Assembly: GCA_013416795.1 (NCBI GenBank)
Contig: RQSC01000028.1
Span: 729,306 to 793,305, forward strand
Direction: 5' to 3'
DNA from: Prasinococcaceae sp. CCMP 1430
Taxonomy: Eukaryota > Plantae > Prasinodermophyta
DNA: 64,000 nucleotides
Under the pieces are notes generated by a model. That model saw nothing but the letters and a program-made list of their open reading frames with translations, had not been told where the DNA came from and did no database searches. Positions 57,301 to 64,000 of the stretch are shown one piece after another (the first letter of the stretch is position 1; each line of letters opens with the position of its first letter). The translations under genes were made by a program, and so were the position numbers.

Positions 57301-60300
57301 TCGCCCGGTAGGCCGAGCACTTTGTCTGGAGCAGCACTCTCCGGATCCACGACGTGCCACACGCGTGTGTTGCTTGGCGATAGCGCGGCGGGCTGCACAT
57401 GGAAGCACGCGCGCCTCTCTGTGGCCAACGCTTCGTCGCCTGCCCTCGACGGTGGTGAATATACAGTCCCCGCGTACTCTATGCTCTGGCCGCGCAAGGT
57501 CACGTCAACGCAGTACCAGGCCGCCTGCGAAGTGCCCGTAACGGTTGCCGCGTGCACGCCTCCACCAGCATGGGTCGCGGTAGTAGAGAGCTGCTTTGGG
57601 GGAGACGCCCCCGTATCCTCTGTGCCCTCCACCGGCGTTGCCACCACGAGGTACTCGTCTTCATTAGTCGGCCGCAGGTTGCCGTATTCGTCACGGCTGC
57701 GCACAGTCACATTGAGTGGCTCGCCGGCGATCACTGCGCCAGGCAGGCTGTCGAAGTCGAAGACGAAATTCGTTTCCTTGAGCGACGTGGTGTCTCCCGC
57801 CGACACGCTGAAGAGGACGCCATCTGTCATGCCAGCCACTGCGTTCTCCTCGGCAATCGAGCCAAGGAAGACGCGCATGTAGTATTCGCCGCTCAGCACG
57901 GGGCGCGCATTGATCAGGCATGTGCCCGTCCGTCGCACCAGCGGTTCGAAGGAGCTAATGATGGCTTGTCCAAGCACGTTCTCGGCTTTGTCGCGCACTT
58001 GAAAGACGCAGCCCACTCCTTTGGGCGCGTAGCCCATGCGGTTCTCGAACTCGTCGTAAAAGGTGACGGTGTAGTTGCGCGCCTCGCCGGCCGAGATCGA
58101 CGTGGCCGTGGCGGGACACGCCACCGTGTCATTGCACCTGCTCGCCGCGCCCCCGTCGGTGGCAGCCAGCACGCTGTACGCGGGGCTGAGCTCAGGCTCT
58201 TCGAACTCGTCTTGTTCGAGATCTCCGACGGTCTCGATCTCGAAACCCAGGTCAGACGCGAGGTGAGCGGTGAAGTCTGCAGGAGTGAGCTCTGCAATTT
58301 TGGCCGCAGTTTCTAGAACGAGCTCCGTGTCGCTTCTGTCCGGCGAGGCAATGGTGTACTGCACCGTGTACGCGCTGGGCACCGCCTCGAGAAGCGCGCG
58401 ACGTGCGCTTGTTGCCAAGTCCTCCCCGGTCGCCTCGTCCCCTTCAGAAGCGAGGCTGACGTCGTCGATCACAATCCACTCGACTGGCACGCCGAGGGAG
58501 GCGGCGATGGACTCGCGGAGTGCCTGCTTGACCTCATCGGAACTGGGATCAGCGTCACCGGGGGCAGAGAGCGTGAGCTCGCCGTACGTGGCAACGGGCT
58601 TGTTTTGCCAATTGAGGACAAAGGAAGTAGCATGTTCGCCGTTAACTTCCAACTGCACCTCATAGGCTCCCACTTGATCGCTCTCGACCTTCAGCTCGAA
58701 CTTGCCCTGCGAAACGTCTGTGAGCTCCGCGCTGAAGGAGGTCTCCGACGCGTTGGTGCCTCGTGCTCTCACAGAGTACTCGTTGACAGCGGCCAGCGAG
58801 AGCTGGTTTCCGAACTCATCACGCAGCCGCACATGTAAGTCGACAGGGTTGCCCGGTGGCACCTCGGGTCCGCACGCTGCCTTGGATTCACCGGAACACA
58901 CTATGTCACCCTCACGTGCGCCGAGTCGCGTGACCTCGACATTTTCTGCATCGAGCGCGCCTGGTTGCACCACGACGGCCATCGCCTCGCCCGCCACCAG
59001 CTGGCCATCCAGGGTCGTGTTGAACTCGAGGCGAGCTGCGGCTTTCGTATTGATGGTGTAGCTTAGCGCAGAACTCTCATCCAGCTCGCACTGCGTGCTC
59101 TCGAATGCTGGCTCGTCGCCGAGGGATCCTTCCATCGTGTACTCGACGCCGTGGGCGACGCCGCAATTGATTCCACTCACGCTCGCGTCGTTGCCGAAGC
59201 TATCACGCGGCACCACTGTCACGAGTAGCTCATCACCTGCCGATGCGATGGCACACGATTCCAGCGCCAGCGCCTGGGCACTTTGGGTACTGGAGCAGTC
59301 GCTGGCGTCCCCATCCCCCACCTTCACCTGCATACTCGACATAGAGGCATTCAGGGCCGCCGCTACGACCACCAAGTTGAATCGCGTGACTAGCACGCCT
59401 CCGAGCGTCGCCTGGATATCCAGTGTTGACGCTGTAGATACGTTGAGCATCCCAAGATAGGTGCCGTCACCCAGGTCTTCGAATTCGAGCGGTTCCCGGC
59501 CGGACACGCGCAATTCCATCGGCCCCGAGCTGCTGTCGCGCGCGTTGCCGTACTGGTCGCGCGCCACGACGGTAAAGGGTACCTGTTCGCCTGCGACAAC
59601 AGCGTCACCGCACTTTTCAAGCAACTCGCAGGGCGTGCCGTCGCGCCTGACCTCCGATGTCTCGGCGTCGGCGGTGGCGGCGACCACGTCTATCCGCACG
59701 GGACTCTTCTCGAGGGCGTCTTCTCCCAGTCGAACGTCGATCTCTTTCCCGCCGGCCACCTGCATCTCCGCCCCGGCGATTTTGATAGAGTAGATGCCTG
59801 GGCGTGTCGAAAGCGCCGCCGAGGTGCGGCCATCGAGCGTGTACGAAACCGCCCGCTGCGCAGGCGAGACCAACGGGTTGTCGAACTCGTCCAACAGATG
59901 CACCTCGAGGTCAACTCCCTCGCCGGCTGCGATGCTCTGGCATGGGCCTGTCATCGCGCGGGGGCAGGTAGACATTTCCCCCGCGAGAGCCACATACGAC
60001 GAAGTGGTGCTGGCCGCGGCGGGCACCACCTGGAATCCAAAGCTGCCGCCACCGACGGTGCCGTGGGAACCCACTATCCGGTCGTGCCAGACATCCACGG
60101 CAACTACATCGTCAATTCCGTCACCACCGGGCACCTGCTCGACCGATGCCGAAAACGTGAAACTGCCTGTACTGGAGTTGAATGCGGCCGAAGCGACCCT
60201 GCCTTCGCCACCGACGCGATACAAGCACCTGTCGGTGGTGGAGGCCTCCGCTTCGTTCGAATAGGAGTCGCGCAAGCGGACATCGAAGTCCACTGTCTCG

Positions 60301-63300
60301 CCAGCTTTGGCGGTCAGGCACGGCGAATTGACCTCGCACCTGATGGGTGATGGGGGGGTCCCCGTCGCAAGAGACGCCCATACTTGCGACGCGGAGACGT
60401 CCAGCGGCGCTGGCCCGACTTGTATCTTGAAACCCGAATTCTGCACGTCGGATCCGGAGAAAAGCACATCCATTGTCTGCACCTCGGCCTTGAACAGAGT
60501 CACCTTCGCCACGAAGGTGCCATCGCCCAGGTCCTCAAAGTAGCCACTCCTCTCGGAAGTCTCATAGCGGGCGCGGCCGCCTCCCGGCGGCGACTCCGTC
60601 AGATCGTTTCCGTACTTGTCACGCGCCACGAGGTCGACCTCGAAGGCTGTGCCGGCCACCGCGTTGGGTGCGCAGACCTGCGAGCGCTCGCAGTCCTCGC
60701 CTGAGCGCGACGCGAGCATTTGTGTAGCTGTGGCTGGCCCGGGGACAACGTTGAAGTAGATCGGGCTGGCGAGGAAGTGAACCGGGCTCTCCGTTTCCTC
60801 GAGAGCGCTCTGAAGAGTCACGCTGACCCAGTACTCGCCCGCCTCGTTGTTTTTGATGTCGGACAGCGAGAACGAATACTCGCCATCGCCGTCGTAGCGC
60901 GCGCTTTGCGCCACCGATCCATCGAACTCGTACGCGATATCCAAAGCGCTCTTGTCGTAGCGCGTATTATTGAACGCATCTCGCGTCTCAATGGCGAAGG
61001 TAACGCGGTCTCCCGCCGTGGCGGTAGCGCAGACCGCGCCAGAGAGACACTCGGTGTACACGCCCGAGGAGTTGACGTGCCGTAAGGGAGAGAATTTGAC
61101 GTCTGTGTCACCGGCCTCGAGCTCCAGGAACACATGCGTGGAGAGCGCCACGCCGTCCACGACGAAGTCCGTGCGGATGAAAGTCAATTCTTCACCGGCC
61201 TCGTTGAAGGCGAACGCGTCGGAGAACTGGTACCGTACCAGATAGTAGGACGCCTCGTCGTCGACCTCGCCAGTTGTCTGGTTGAGCGCCATGTCCCCTG
61301 TCGCGTCGTCGCCCGCCTCGCGCTCGGTTGCGGACAGCGCCGACATCGATGCAGTCACAGTGGCGGAGCTCGTGATGGTGTTTCCGTACCGGTCGCGCGG
61401 CAGGACGATCCACACGGCGTCGTCACCAGCGTGGACATTCCCGCACGTGTCCCCCGCGCGACAGGCACCGCTATCATCGCTGGGCGGCTCGAGGACGCAC
61501 GAGTCCGAGGGAGCCGTGCTGACTGGGTCGGCGGCACATCCGACGAAGAAAACGGCGCTCTCATCCGCGTCCGGCGCGCCGGGGTTGACCGTAACCAGAA
61601 TGGGATTCACCGCGATCTCTTCGAAGGACACCTTCACCTCTACCTCCCAAGTGCCAGCGGTGGTCAGCTTCAGGTCGAAGGAGAAAGTCCCGTCGCCGAG
61701 GTCGGTCACGGTGGCGGTCCTTCGACCGGTATCCAAGCCGGCGGCCGCGGAGAGCTTCACACCCGCATCGTTCGACCCCAGGGGATTGCCTAGACTGTCA
61801 TGCAGCGCAGCGACGAAGTACGCTCTCTCGCCCGCCTCGATGGCCGTTCCACATTCGGCGTCGCTCGAGCATTCGCTGCCGCGCGTGCCCGCGGCAGTGG
61901 AGGCATAGACCTTGGTGTTGACGGCGCTCGCGTCGCCCGCAACGAGGTCGATGATCACATCCAAGTCATAATTGCCCGTGCTATTCAGCCTGTCCGAGTA
62001 CACTGTGAAGTACGCGAACGAGGCCACCCCGCCATTGTAGTCCACGAGATAGTCCTCATCAATAGTTTGCGTATGGAAGAGTCGCTCGTCGGTGTCGAAA
62101 GAAAGGCGCCAATCATCCCGCGCGTCATTGTCGTAGTCGGGGCGCAGAACTGCAGCTCTGGGTTCGCGCCAGTCGTTCCTCCCATATTCGCTGTAGAAGC
62201 GGTTGCCGTAGCTGTCGCGAGCGACCAGGGCCACGTCGAAGGATGAAGTTGTAGGCACCTGGGCGCACGCGCCGAGGTCGCTCGCGTTGCATTTCACGAT
62301 CGACTCATCGCCGCCTTTCCTTCGAACGAACACCGTGCTGGTGCTCAGGTCAAGCTCGCCCGGAATGAGCGTGGGGCCACCGATGCTGTTTGGATCCGTG
62401 AGGAAAGCGTCCGAGATGTTCGCGTCCGTCCGATCGCCGACATAGAGCTGCACGTGCACCATGGGGTCGTCGGATTCCTCCGACTGCGGAAACTTGGTGA
62501 CGTTGTACTGGAAGACGAACGTGGGCTCCGCCTCCCACCTGCCGCTATTTTCGGGCGGGGTGACAACCTCGACGTCCAACCGCGCGCCGTCCTCAGAGAA
62601 CGCGCTGGACATGCCATCGAAGGGTTCGAACGGAGAGTCCTCCTTGTACCAGTCCACCAAGCGATAGTAGGCCACCTGCGTGGCGTGGGGCACCACCGCG
62701 TTCCAATAGTCATCGCGACCGTAGACGTAGCCGAATATCCTGTCCCCCGCCAGAACATCCACACAGCCCACCCACGAGCAGCTCTCCAAATCGCCAGGAC
62801 CGTACGTCAGGTTCGCATAATCGCCTGCATGGATGTGCTGCAGGTAGAGCTCAACAGAAGTCAGCTCCGCGGCGACTACCACGATCTCTGTTGTGATGCC
62901 CACGACTCCATGCAGATCGGCTGTGAGGGACCACGTCCCCGAGGTTGTGAGAGTGACGGCACCCTCGGAGTAGCCCTTGCGGGTGTCCTTCATCTCAATG
63001 AATTCTTCCTCATTGCCGTCCTGGTGCTCTGCCTTGAGGTGCACATAGGTCTCAAAGTACTCATCTTCGTAGCCCTCCATGGGCTTGATCACATTTTCGT
63101 AGTCGTCGAGCATGTTGGTGCGGAAAACCTCTCCCGTCGCGCCGGCCGTCAACTCGCCCCCGCACGACGTGTGCCAAGCGCATTGTGTGAAGTTGTACTC
63201 GCCATTCTCGTCGGCCTCGTTCGAATAGCGAACGAGATCCGCGAAGCCGGCGTTGGGGGTGTACATCGGCAAGATGGTGATGTTGGTGCTCGCACCGAGG

Positions 63301-63807
63301 GCATCCTCGAAGAAAAAGCACTCGACGTTGAAGACGCCGGCCGTCCCCAGGGTCACGTCCACTCCGAACGTGTTACCGCCCTGGTACCGCAGGACATGCC
63401 TGTCGTCGAGCTCCGTGCCGTCTGCGTCCGTGAGCACGCAGTCGAAGGTGACGTCCGAGTCGGTGGAGTTGAAGCCTTCCGAGTCGTACGCATCCACCTG
63501 CAGCGGCACGCGCTCGCCCGCCGTGTAGATCTCCGAGTGGCCCGCGTACCAGCCCGCGCGCGTGACGCAGTTCGTGGCGTCCGGCGAGGACTGCACGAGC
63601 GCGTCGACGTACAGGTAGGTGTAGTAGTCGAATTCGCCGGTGTCCAATTTGAGCTCCACGTAGGCGTGCGTGTCCTCGGCGGCCACGCCAGCCGCGCTTA
63701 GCTGGAGCGTCACGATCGTCTGCTCGCCGGGCGACACGGTGCCCGAATCCTCCGAGAAGCTGTCGAAGTCGAAGAGGTCCCCAGTGTTCCCGACACTCTC
63801 CACCGAC
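54362..63807 (-). CDS. Giant (>3000 aa) cell-surface receptor-like protein: ~16 filamin/Ig-like repeats, a Cys-rich region and a 7TM-like region; intron 54929-55115; 5' exons lie beyond the window
   Basis: Repeated xxxxRDxYGN motifs, then CPEGF..CVPCD..C..GY..VLCDRCLDGW, QVLG, LLHPSISSTMFETFNC, WLQSDHGVRCY and YQE|DYYYWQVYEI. One exon is 8.7 kb (55116-63807). Confidence 0.8.
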
Positions 63808-63879
63808 CTGCGGCGCGGGGGCGCCGGCGAGGCGGACGCGAGCGCGCATGTGCGCGCGCGCACGCGTGTAAGCACAGGA

Positions 63880-64000
63880 CAGGGGGGGGGGGGGGGGGGG
63901 GGGGGGGGGGTCAGTGTGAGGGAGGCGTGTGTGTGCGCGTGTGTGCGCGTGTGTGTGCGTGTGTGGGTGGGTGCGTGCGTGGGGGGGGGGGGGGGGGGGG
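63880..64000 (+). repeat. Poly-G tracts and GT repeats inside an intron of the giant gene
   Basis: Seen directly. Confidence 0.85.

Noticed and set aside
44471-63849. Long antisense or alternate-frame ORFs over real genes (e.g. 44471-45979, 62454-63701; also 4481-6367)
   Set aside because: Shadow ORFs caused by high GC content; no recognisable motifs.

Overview
GC-rich nuclear DNA of a eukaryotic green alga. This is inferred from spliceosomal GT-AG introns, TGTAA polyadenylation signals, TTTAGGG telomere-type motifs, a selenoprotein and the MEP-pathway gene ISPD; it looks prasinophyte-like but the species cannot be determined from the sequence. About 25 densely packed protein-coding genes are present. 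Introns in the first ~31 kb are filled with (GT)n/(CA)n repeats, which create most of the spurious long HT/VC ORFs, while long, nearly intron-free exons dominate after ~37 kb. The draft assembly has a 454-N gap and several single-N joins. Highlights: (1) a trpF/PAI gene split at the half-barrel boundary into two intact halves 8 kb apart, with a 22-bp imperfect duplication at the break and a 7-kb chromatin-reader gene in between; (2) a full GPR155/LYCHOS-type PIN-transporter + 7TM fusion; (3) an RPA12 stop codon that would be in frame with a uroporphyrinogen methyltransferase lacking its own conventional start; (4) a UGA-Sec glutathione peroxidase with a candidate SECIS; (5) a head-to-head GDPD / atypical alkaline phosphatase pair with repeated palindromes between them; (6) two mitochondrial fragments (cob; rps12 plus an rps10-like piece) in divergent intergenic regions; (7) a giant filamin-repeat 7TM receptor-like gene. 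Family calls come from recognising motifs by eye; no database search was run.
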